A stretch of 38,275 nucleotides of DNA from Bryobacteraceae bacterium (lineage in GTDB: Bacteria > Acidobacteriota > Terriglobia > Bryobacterales > Bryobacteraceae), in assembly GCA_039930685.1 (NCBI GenBank), contig JBDTTK010000001.1, forward strand, positions 1 to 38,275, in the 5' to 3' direction. The translations under genes were made by a program, and so were the position numbers. Below the pieces are notes generated by a model. It was not told the DNA's origin and made no database searches. It worked only from the letters and a program-made list of their open reading frames with translations. Numbering within the stretch: position 1 is the stretch's first letter; every line of letters starts with the position of its first letter. Below are positions 8,853-16,848 of this stretch, in pieces.

Positions 8853-8912
8853 GGTAAACAATTGCCAGAATCAATGATATCACTGCCTTGGCGTCCCCAA
8901 CTCAAAAATGGC

Positions 8913-8959
8913 TTGACCTTCGATTAGGTCATACGTACAATTGAAACGAACGTATGACC
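8913..8959. promoter_or_regulatory. Candidate operator: TGACCT-N7-AGGTCA overlapping a perfect 10-bp inverted repeat, GGTCATACGT-N13-ACGTATGACC
   Basis: Read directly. TGACCT lies at 8913-8918 and AGGTCA at 8926-8931. GGTCATACGT lies at 8927-8936 and its reverse complement ACGTATGACC at 8950-8959, spanning the TetR ATG (8954). The site is in the divergent vapB/tetR intergenic region. Confidence 0.45.
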
Positions 8960-9574
8960 GATACGAAGTCGAAGATCCTCGATGCGGCCGAGCGCCTGTT
9001 TGCCCTCGACGGAATCGACGGAACCTCACTCCGCGATATCACTCGCGACGCCGGAGTGAACCTGGCCGCCGTCAACTATCACTTCCAGTCACGCGAGTCG
9101 CTGATTTCGGCTGTCATCGCCCGCCGGATTCTGCCCGTAAACGAGCGCCGCATCCAAATGCTCGACGCCTACGAAGCCAACGGACCTGCGACGCCTGAGC
9201 AGATCGCGGAAGCCTTCCTGCTCCCCGTCCTCGAGGCCGGAGCTGAACACCAGAACATGCGCCCTATGATGGGCCGCATGCTCGCCGCTCCCAACGAGTT
9301 CCTACACCGGATCTTCAAGACCCACCTCGCGGCCATCGGACAGCGCTTCCTCGAATCCTTGAGCAGGTCGCTGCCGGACTTGCCGAAACAGGATTTGGTC
9401 TGGCGGCTCCACTTTATGGTGGGCGTGATGGCGCACGTGATCGCCTGGTCCGGGGTTTTGTCCACGATAACCGACGGAATGTGCGACGTCAAAGACACCA
9501 ACGCACTGACGCGGCGGATGGTCGCGTTCGTCGCCGCCGGCTTGAAGGCGCCCGCCACAAATCATGAAGGTTGA
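8954..9574 (+). CDS. TetR/AcrR-family transcriptional regulator
   Basis: N-terminal HTH KILDAAERLFALDGIDGTSLRDITRDAGVNLAAVNYHF. First gene of the efflux locus. Confidence 0.9.
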   Translation: MTDTKSKILDAAERLFALDGIDGTSLRDITRDAGVNLAAVNYHFQSRESLISAVIARRILPVNERRIQMLDAYEANGPATPEQIAEAFLLPVLEAGAEHQNMRPMMGRMLAAPNEFLHRIFKTHLAAIGQRFLESLSRSLPDLPKQDLVWRLHFMVGVMAHVIAWSGVLSTITDGMCDVKDTNALTRRMVAFVAAGLKAPATNHEG

Positions 9575-10889
9575 TGCTATGCGCTTCTTACTAGGACTTA
9601 CGCTCGCACTTACGGCCTGCGCGGAGACCATTCCGCTCAGCCTGCAAAAGGCAGTCGAGATCGCGCTGGCCCCCGACGGAGCCGCCCGCGCCCAACTGGC
9701 CGCCGAGCAGATCCGGGCCGCGGATGCGAGGGCCAAGCAGGCGCGAGCCGCATTGCTCCCCAACGTCGACGGCTCATTGAACTATCGGAACCAGACCACC
9801 AACCTGGGCGCGTTCGGTATTCAGTTCCCCTCGATTCCCGGCTTCCAGTTCGCCCAAATCGTCGGACCGTTCAGTGTGTACGACCTGCGCGGAAACGTGA
9901 CGCAGTCGGTGTTCGACTTCTCCTCGATCCGGCGCTTTCAAGCCGGAAAACTGGGCATCGCCACAGCAAAGGCGGACAATCAGGCCGCGCGCGATGCAGT
10001 GGCTGATGGAGTCGCCCGAGCCTACCTGGCGGCGCTCAGAACCGAGGCCTCCCGCGACACCCAAAAGGCCAACGTCGAACTGTCGGAGGCGCTCCTCCGT
10101 CTCGCGCAATCGCAGAAGAACGCCGGAACTGGGTTGGCCATTGAGGTCACCCGCGCCCAGGTGCAACTCGCCAACGACAAACAGCGCCTGGTCGTCGCGA
10201 CCAGTGAGGTCGAGCGGGCACACCTCCAATTGCTCAGAGTCATGGGCTTGAAACTCGAGGCCGCGCCGGAACTCACCGACAAGATGATCTACCAGCCAGT
10301 CGACCCGGCCGAAACGGCGAAGGCCCTCGACACCGCGCGCGAGAAACGCGCCGAACTCGATGCCCAGTTCAAACGGGTCGAAACCGCGCGGCTCAACTAC
10401 AGCGCAAGCAAGTTCGAGAGGCTGCCGACGGTCGGCTTCTTCGCGGACTACGGCACCATCGGCTCTTCCGCCGCCGACGCGCATCCGACCTACACCTATG
10501 GCATGTCCATACGGGTGCCGCTTTACAACGGCGGGCGAACCGATGCGCGCCGCGCCGAAAGCGCCTCACTGCTTCGCAGCGAAGAGATTCGCGGCCGCGA
10601 CCTGCGCAATCAGATCGACCTCGAGGTCCGCCTGGCGCTCGAGGATCTGCGCTCCGCTGCCGGACAGGTCGATGTTTCCAAGGAAGGCCTGCAGTTGGCC
10701 GAGAACGAACTCGCGCAGGCCCGTCGGCGTTACGAAGGCGGCGTGGCAAACAGTATCGAAGTCACTGACGCGCAGACCAGGCTGCAACGCGCCCGCGACA
10801 ACCAGATCGCGGCTATCTACAATCACAACCTCGCCCGCATCGAACTTGCGTCGGCGACCGGCAAGATCCAGGAATCCCTCGTTCACTAG
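9564..10889 (+). CDS. TolC-family outer membrane efflux protein
   Basis: 441 aa with two repeated OEP-type coiled-coil halves. The signal peptide MRFLLGLTLALTACA suggests the true start is the ATG at 9579. Confidence 0.88.
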   Translation: MKVDAMRFLLGLTLALTACAETIPLSLQKAVEIALAPDGAARAQLAAEQIRAADARAKQARAALLPNVDGSLNYRNQTTNLGAFGIQFPSIPGFQFAQIVGPFSVYDLRGNVTQSVFDFSSIRRFQAGKLGIATAKADNQAARDAVADGVARAYLAALRTEASRDTQKANVELSEALLRLAQSQKNAGTGLAIEVTRAQVQLANDKQRLVVATSEVERAHLQLLRVMGLKLEAAPELTDKMIYQPVDPAETAKALDTAREKRAELDAQFKRVETARLNYSASKFERLPTVGFFADYGTIGSSAADAHPTYTYGMSIRVPLYNGGRTDARRAESASLLRSEEIRGRDLRNQIDLEVRLALEDLRSAAGQVDVSKEGLQLAENELAQARRRYEGGVANSIEVTDAQTRLQRARDNQIAAIYNHNLARIELASATGKIQESLVH

Positions 10890-10910
10890 AAACAAGTCAG
10901 GCGCAACCAC

Positions 10911-12083
10911 ATGGCAAAACGAATTATCCCCATCCTTCTTCTGCTCGCCGTCGCCGGCGGCGCCTATTGGTATTGGCGCTCAATCAAGGAGGCCGAAGCG
11001 AACGGCCACATTCGCATTTCGGGCAACATCGAGATGACGCAGATCGACATCTCATTCAAGGTTCCCGGCAAACTGATCGAGCTCGCCGTCAAAGAGGGCG
11101 ACGCCGTCAAGAAGGGGCAGTTGATCGCCCGCATCGACCGCGGCCAAATGGATCGCCAGAAGGAGCGCGATCAGGCTACCGTCGACATGGCTGAAAACGG
11201 TCTCACCACGCTCAACACCAGCATTCAGTATCAGAAGGCGACCATCGACGGAGACATCGAGTTGAAGAAAGCGCAGGTCGCTCAGGCGGATGCGCGGTTG
11301 CGAGAACTGCAGGCCGGTTCACGCTCGCAGGAGATCAACCAGGCGCAATCCGCCGTCGCCAACGCCCGCACACAAGCAGAGAACGCAAAGCTCGATTGGG
11401 ATCGCGCGCAGAAGCTCTACAAGAACGAAGACATCTCGACCTCGCAGTTCGACCAGGCACGCACTAGGTTCCAAAGCACCCAGGCCTTGCTGCAGCAGGC
11501 GGAACAGCAACTCGCCCTCGTGAAGGAAGGGCCTCGAAAAGAAGAGATCGCCATGGCGCGGGCGCAGGTCGAGCAGGCGCGTGCCTCCGTCAAACTCGCG
11601 GAAGCCAATCGCCTGGACCTAAAACGCCGGGAACAGGAAATAGGCGCGCGCCGCGCCGAGATCGAGCGCAACAAAGCGCAACTCGCCATGACGCAGACGC
11701 AGATCAACGACACCGAAGTCTATTCGCCGGTCGACGGCGTGGTCCTCGTCAAGAGCGCGGAGCAGGGCGAGATCGTTGCGGCCGGTGCCACCGTCGTGAC
11801 GATCGGCGATGTCGAACACCCCTGGCTTCGCGCGTACATCAATGAGCGGGATCTTGACCGCGTCAAACTCGGCGCAAAGGTTCGTCTCAGTTCGGACTCG
11901 CGCAGCGGCAAGGAATACGAGGGGCGGATCAGCTTCATCGCGTCAGAGGCGGAGTTTACGCCGAAGCAGATCCAGACCAACGAGGAGCGCGTCAAGCTGG
12001 TTTACCGCATCAAAGTTGATGTCGCGAATCCGAATCATGAACTGAAGAGCAATATGCCGGTCGACGGAGAGATCCAACTGTGA
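10911..12083 (+). CDS. HlyD-family membrane fusion / periplasmic adaptor protein (YbhG-like)
   Basis: N-terminal TM IIPILLLLAVAGGAYWYW, a long Q/A/E-rich coiled coil, and a C-terminal beta-barrel block EFTPKQIQT.ERVKLVYRIKV. Confidence 0.9.
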   Translation: MAKRIIPILLLLAVAGGAYWYWRSIKEAEANGHIRISGNIEMTQIDISFKVPGKLIELAVKEGDAVKKGQLIARIDRGQMDRQKERDQATVDMAENGLTTLNTSIQYQKATIDGDIELKKAQVAQADARLRELQAGSRSQEINQAQSAVANARTQAENAKLDWDRAQKLYKNEDISTSQFDQARTRFQSTQALLQQAEQQLALVKEGPRKEEIAMARAQVEQARASVKLAEANRLDLKRREQEIGARRAEIERNKAQLAMTQTQINDTEVYSPVDGVVLVKSAEQGEIVAAGATVVTIGDVEHPWLRAYINERDLDRVKLGAKVRLSSDSRSGKEYEGRISFIASEAEFTPKQIQTNEERVKLVYRIKVDVANPNHELKSNMPVDGEIQL

Positions 12084-13015
12084 CCGCGGCCCCGCCGATC
12101 ATCGAAATTCGGGGCGTGACGCGCAAGTTCGGCGCGCTCACCGCTGTCGATCACCTGGATCTCGTGATCCCGCGCGGGGAGATCTTCGGTCTCGTCGGGC
12201 CGGACGGCGCGGGCAAGACGACGACGCTGCGCATGCTGTGCGGTTTGATGGACCCCACCGAAGGCCAGATCATGGTCGCCGGCGAGGACGTCGCCAAGAA
12301 CGTGGACGCCGTACGCGACCAGATCGGTTATATGGCGCAGCGGTTCGGCCTCTATTCCGACCTGACGGTTGAAGAGAACATGGCGTTCTACGGCGACCTG
12401 TTCGGCGTCGTAGGCAAGCCGCGCGAGGATCTGATGGCGCAGCTTCTCCGCATGACGCGCATGGAGCCTTTCCGGAAGCGTCCGGCGGGCAAGCTCTCAG
12501 GCGGCATGAAACAGAAGCTGGCTCTCATGTGTACGCTGCTGCATCACCCTCAGATTCTGTTTCTCGACGAACCGACAAATGGCGTGGATCCGGTTTCGCG
12601 CCGTGACTTCTGGGCGATCCTGTACCAGCTCGTCAAGGATGGCCTCACCGTCTTCGTCACGACCGCGTACCTCGACGAAGCGGAGCGCTGCAACCGGGTT
12701 GGCTTGATGCATCGCGGGAAGCTGATCGAGTGCGACGCGCCACAACGTCTGCGGCGGAGCTTGAAAGAACCCTTCTTCACGGTAAGCGGTGACCAGCTGC
12801 ATGCCGTCCGCGATGCGCTCCGGGCGCGGCCTGACGTTCTCAGTGCAGAGCCATCCGGACCTCGTCTGCACCTCTTCCTGACTACGACGGCGCCGCCGAT
12901 TGAAGTCATCCGTGGCGCGATGCCCTTCCCCGCCGTCTTCGAACCCGCGACGCCGTCCCTCGAGGATGTGTTCATCGCGCTCGTGAGCAAACAGGAGTTG
13001 CCGCATGCAGCCTAA
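12080..13015 (+). CDS. ABC transporter ATP-binding protein (first of two; YbhF N-half-like)
   Basis: Walker A GPDGAGKTT, signature LSGGMKQKL, Walker B ILFLDEPT. GTG start overlaps the HlyD stop. Confidence 0.92.
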   Translation: MTAAPPIIEIRGVTRKFGALTAVDHLDLVIPRGEIFGLVGPDGAGKTTTLRMLCGLMDPTEGQIMVAGEDVAKNVDAVRDQIGYMAQRFGLYSDLTVEENMAFYGDLFGVVGKPREDLMAQLLRMTRMEPFRKRPAGKLSGGMKQKLALMCTLLHHPQILFLDEPTNGVDPVSRRDFWAILYQLVKDGLTVFVTTAYLDEAERCNRVGLMHRGKLIECDAPQRLRRSLKEPFFTVSGDQLHAVRDALRARPDVLSAEPSGPRLHLFLTTTAPPIEVIRGAMPFPAVFEPATPSLEDVFIALVSKQELPHAA

Positions 13016-13964
13016 CGCGTCCGCGGTCGAGATACGTGACCTCGTCAAACGCTTCGGCGACTTCGTCGCGGTCGACCACGTGAACCTGACGGTGGCGCGC
13101 GGCGAGATCTTCGGGTTCCTCGGACCGAATGGAGCGGGCAAATCGACGACGATCCGCATCCTCTGCGGCCTGCTCGAACCAACCAGTGGAAGCGCCAGCG
13201 TCGGCGGCTTCGATGTGCGCACGCAATCGGAGGAGATCAAGCAGCACATCGGCTACATGACCCAGAAGTTCTCGCTCTACGACGACCTGACGGTCGAAGA
13301 GAACATCGACTTCTTCAGCGGCATCTATGGCGTGCCGCGCGCGACGAGGGCCGATCGCAAGGAGTATGTGCTCCGGATGGCGGGCCTCGAGGACCGCCGC
13401 GGCGACAAGACCGCGCTGCTCGCCGGCGGCTGGAAGCAGCGGCTGGCGCTCGGCTGCGCCATTCTTCACGAACCTCCGATCCTGTTCCTCGACGAGCCTA
13501 CCTCGGGAGTCGATCCGATTGCGCGGCGCCGGTTCTGGGAGCTGATCTATTCGTTGTCCGCCGCCGGGCACACGATCTTCGTATCGACGCATTATATGGA
13601 TGAAGCGGAGTACTGCAACCGGTCCGCCCTGATGTACCGCGGCAAGGTGGTCGCGCTCGGCTCTCCAGCGGAGTTGAAGGCGCAGCTTTCCGACCATAAG
13701 CTGCTGTATGTCGAAAGCTCGGACCTGCGCGACGCCATGACCGCGCTCCAAGCGGCGCCCGGCGTCATCGACACGGCGGTGTTCGGCGGCGGACTCCACG
13801 TCGACGTCCGTGATGTCGTCGAAGGAGAACGCGCGGTACGCGAAGCCTTGGAAAAGGCCGGTGTCGATGTGGTGGTTGTCCAGCAGATTGAGCCATCGAT
13901 GGAGGATGTCTTCGTCGCGTTGATCGAGCGCGAGGAGAAGGCGCTCGCGGAGGCCGCGCGATGA
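13005..13964 (+). CDS. ABC transporter ATP-binding protein (second; YbhF C-half-like)
   Basis: Walker A GPNGAGKST, signature LAGGWKQRL, Walker B ILFLDEPT. 11-nt overlap with the preceding gene. Confidence 0.92.
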   Translation: MQPNASAVEIRDLVKRFGDFVAVDHVNLTVARGEIFGFLGPNGAGKSTTIRILCGLLEPTSGSASVGGFDVRTQSEEIKQHIGYMTQKFSLYDDLTVEENIDFFSGIYGVPRATRADRKEYVLRMAGLEDRRGDKTALLAGGWKQRLALGCAILHEPPILFLDEPTSGVDPIARRRFWELIYSLSAAGHTIFVSTHYMDEAEYCNRSALMYRGKVVALGSPAELKAQLSDHKLLYVESSDLRDAMTALQAAPGVIDTAVFGGGLHVDVRDVVEGERAVREALEKAGVDVVVVQQIEPSMEDVFVALIEREEKALAEAAR

Positions 13965-15094
13965 ACTGGATCCGCCTCCGCGCCATTGCCCGTAAGGAAC
14001 TCCTGCATATTGTCCGCGACGCCCGAAGCCTGGCTCTCGCCCTGGCTTTGCCTCTGGTCATGCTGGTGCTCTTCGGCTATGCGCTGAGCCTGGACGTGGA
14101 CCGGATCAGCACAATCGTCCTCGATCGCGACCAGACGCCGCAGAGCCGCGACCTGATTCAGCAACTCGCTGGTTCGAACTACTTCGAGGTCCGTGGCTAT
14201 GCCGCCAACTACGCCGAGACCGAGAAATGCATCAACCAGTCGAAATGCCTGATGGCGGTGATCGTATCGGAACAGTTCGGAGCCGACCTGCTCGCCGGGC
14301 GCGAGGCGCAAGTACAGGTGCTGCTCGACGGAAGCGACTCGAACACGGCGACCATTGCGCAGGCGTACGTCAACGGCCTGATGGCAAACTACCAGCTCAC
14401 CTTGCGCAACGCCGCGCAGATGCAGCGCGGGGGAGGCAAGATGCGGCCCGCGGTCGACGCGCGCGTCCGCGTCTGGTACAACACCGATCTCAAATCGCGG
14501 AACTACATCGTGCCTGGGCTGATCGCCGTGATCATCATGATCATCGCGGCGCTGCTGACTTCGTTGACGATCGCCCGGGAATGGGAGAACGGCACCATGG
14601 AGCAACTGCTGTCGACGCCGGCGCGTCCGGCCGAGATCGTGCTCGGGAAGTTGAGTGCCTTCTTCCTGGTGGGCGTATTCGACATGGCGGTGTGCCTGAT
14701 CATCGGCATCTTCTTCTTTGACGTCCCGATGCGGGGCAACACGTTCCTCCTGCTCTTCACCTGTTTCGTGTTTCTGTTTGGAGCGCTGTGCTGGGGGGTG
14801 TTCCTCTCGGCCGCGACCAGAAACCAGTTGGTCGCCTACCAAATGGGGACGCTCACTTCGTTCTTGCCGGCGTTTCTGCTCTCGGGCTTTCTGTACTCGG
14901 TTGAGAACATGCCGATTCCGATTCAGTTGATCTCCGCCGTCGTACCCGCGCGGTACTTCATCTCCGCGATGAAGGGCATCTTCCTGAAGGGCATCGGCCT
15001 GCGTCTGCTTTGGTTTGAGATTACGTTGCTGATTGTGTATGGCGGACTTGTGTTCATTGCGGCGACGCGCAAGATGCGTCAAAAGATCGCGTAG
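13961..15094 (+). CDS. ABC-2 type transporter permease (YbhS/YbhR-like)
   Basis: 377 aa with an N-terminal TM, a large periplasmic loop, then 5 TMs. ATGA overlap with the upstream ATPase. The REWENGTMEQLLSTP block is typical of ABC-2 permeases. Confidence 0.9.
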   Translation: MNWIRLRAIARKELLHIVRDARSLALALALPLVMLVLFGYALSLDVDRISTIVLDRDQTPQSRDLIQQLAGSNYFEVRGYAANYAETEKCINQSKCLMAVIVSEQFGADLLAGREAQVQVLLDGSDSNTATIAQAYVNGLMANYQLTLRNAAQMQRGGGKMRPAVDARVRVWYNTDLKSRNYIVPGLIAVIIMIIAALLTSLTIAREWENGTMEQLLSTPARPAEIVLGKLSAFFLVGVFDMAVCLIIGIFFFDVPMRGNTFLLLFTCFVFLFGALCWGVFLSAATRNQLVAYQMGTLTSFLPAFLLSGFLYSVENMPIPIQLISAVVPARYFISAMKGIFLKGIGLRLLWFEITLLIVYGGLVFIAATRKMRQKIA

Positions 15095-15103
15095 GGGAAT
15101 ATC

Positions 15104-16261
15104 ATGCTGGAACGAATTCTGGTCATCGTCCGCAAGGAGCTCCGGCAGGCGCTGCGCGAACCGCGCATGCGCATGATGCTGCTGGTGCCGCCGGTCGTCC
15201 AACTGCTGGTCTTCGGATTCGCGGTCAATCTCGACGTGGAGCACGCCCGCATTGCGTGGATGGACGCCGATCACACGCCACAGAGCCGCGAGCTGCGCTC
15301 GGCATTCGAAGGGTCTGGGCGCTTCAAGGTGATCGCGACCATCGACACCGACCAGCAGATGAACGACATCATGGACCGAGGCAAGGTGGACGGCGTCATT
15401 CGTATGCTCCCCGGGTTCGGCCGGGACCTCGCGCGAGGCCGCGAAACGGAAGTGCAGATTCTCGTTGACGGAACCGATTCGAATACGGCGTCGATCGTGA
15501 CGAACTATGCGAGCCAGGCGATCGCCCGCTTCTCGGCCGAGAAACTCGGCGAGCAGCAACGGCGGAGCCTGATCGCGCGAACCATCTCGACCGGCGCGCC
15601 GATTGGAGGCGCATTGCCGAACCTTTCCGCGCGCACGCGAGTCTGGTTCAACGAGGATCTCAAGAGCAGGAATTACTTCATTCCAGGCGTCATCGTCAAC
15701 ATCATCACGCTGGTGACGCTCTCTTTGACCGCCATGGCAATCGTGCGCGAAAAAGAGATCGGCACCATGGAGCAGCTGATGGTGACGCCCATCCGGCCCT
15801 TCGAATTGATCCTCGGCAAGACGGTTCCCTTCGCGTTGATCGGGTTCTTCGATACTCTGCTCGTGGTCGCGGCGGCGCTCGCGATCTTTCACGTTCCGTT
15901 CCGCGGCAACTTTTTTCTGTTGCTGCTTTGCGCCGGACTGTTTCTGCTGACGACGCTCGGCGCCGGGCTGTTCGTGTCGACCGTTTGCCGGACACAGCAG
16001 CAGGCGATGATGTCGACCTTCCTGTTCTTCATGCCGTTCTTCCTGCTGAGCGGCTTCACGTTTCCAGTGCGCAACATGCCGCTCGCGGCGCAGTATTTCA
16101 CGTATCTGAATCCGGTGCGGTATTTCGTCGAGATTGTTCGCGCGATCTTCCTGAAAGGCGCGGGCATCGAGACGCTGTGGCCACAGATGCTTTCGCTCTT
16201 GGTCTTCGGCGTGACGATCCTGACGATGAGCGTGATGCGGTTCCACAAAAAGCTGGACTAG
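15104..16261 (+). CDS. ABC-2 type transporter permease (paralog of the preceding gene)
   Basis: 385 aa with the same architecture and the REKEIGTMEQLMVTP block. Confidence 0.9.
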   Translation: MLERILVIVRKELRQALREPRMRMMLLVPPVVQLLVFGFAVNLDVEHARIAWMDADHTPQSRELRSAFEGSGRFKVIATIDTDQQMNDIMDRGKVDGVIRMLPGFGRDLARGRETEVQILVDGTDSNTASIVTNYASQAIARFSAEKLGEQQRRSLIARTISTGAPIGGALPNLSARTRVWFNEDLKSRNYFIPGVIVNIITLVTLSLTAMAIVREKEIGTMEQLMVTPIRPFELILGKTVPFALIGFFDTLLVVAAALAIFHVPFRGNFFLLLLCAGLFLLTTLGAGLFVSTVCRTQQQAMMSTFLFFMPFFLLSGFTFPVRNMPLAAQYFTYLNPVRYFVEIVRAIFLKGAGIETLWPQMLSLLVFGVTILTMSVMRFHKKLD

Positions 16262-16292
16262 GTTGGCGCCCGCGTGCGAGAGTCGACGTCGA

Positions 16293-16533
16293 CCGCGACG
16301 AAACGAAGCCAGAATGCGGAAGCGGGCTTTGCGCAAAACGAAGCCAATTTGGCGTAAGCCCCGTGTTTCATGCCACTTGGGTTCGATGAACTGGCGAGGC
16401 GTACCGGTTCGAAGCCCTGGTCGTGGCGATTTGCGAAACGAAGCCAGATTTCATCGGACAGACTTCTCCCTGGAATTTTGCGAAACGAAGCCAGACTTGA
16501 CGGCGCCAGGAGCACGAAACGAAGCCAGAAATC
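16293..16533. repeat. Dispersed direct-repeat array: 5 copies of core AACGAAGCCA (extended consensus TTTGCGAAACGAAGCCAGA) in non-coding DNA
   Basis: Cores at 16302-16311, 16337-16346, 16437-16446, 16484-16493 and 16518-16527. There is a partial CGAAGCC copy at 16410-16416. Core spacings are 35/100/47/34 nt, none a multiple of 3, and the sequence between copies is unrelated. Confidence 0.75.
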
Positions 16534-16848
16534 TACGCGAACGGGTGGCGGTCCGCGGTCCATGGACTCATTCGTGGACTGCAAGCCTTGACTGCGGCTC
16601 GACAGGCTGTTTTGATTCATGGGCCCGGCTCCACTAGATACTCCGTTCCTCGTATAGCACGCGAGTTGCGCGGTCGCGCCCGGAAAAGGGCCTAACTGAT
16701 TGAAGGAATTGGGCTCGCTCGGCTGTGACCCGGAGGCTGAAGCAAGGCGACACATAGTTCAGAGCCGTTGTAGCAAGTGTTGGCAAAGGCGCTCTGGGAT
16801 AATCCGCTACAAATGATCTTCGCGAGGCAAGTTTCACGCGTTTGGGGC

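Noticed and set aside
13592-16336. 914-aa ORF on the minus strand, the longest after the SBBP gene
   Set aside because: It lies entirely antisense to the second ABC ATPase and both ABC-2 permease genes, which have unambiguous motifs. Its translation is low-complexity and R/H/Q/E/D-rich, which is typical of an open antisense frame in high-GC DNA.
16293-16533. CRISPR array or type III toxin-antitoxin (ToxI-like) tandem RNA repeats
   Set aside because: The repeat unit is only about 14-19 nt, which is too short for CRISPR. Spacing is irregular (34-100 nt). The sequence between copies 34-35 nt apart is unrelated, so there is no tandem 34-36-nt unit. No cas gene or ToxN/AbiQ-like endoribonuclease gene follows.
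16258-16755. 165-aa minus-strand and 124-aa plus-strand ORFs spanning the repeat array
   Set aside because: The repeat copies fall in different reading frames within each ORF (WLRF versus LASF; RNEAR versus ETKP), and their spacings are not multiples of three. The repeats are therefore not coding, and the ORFs are probably fortuitous.
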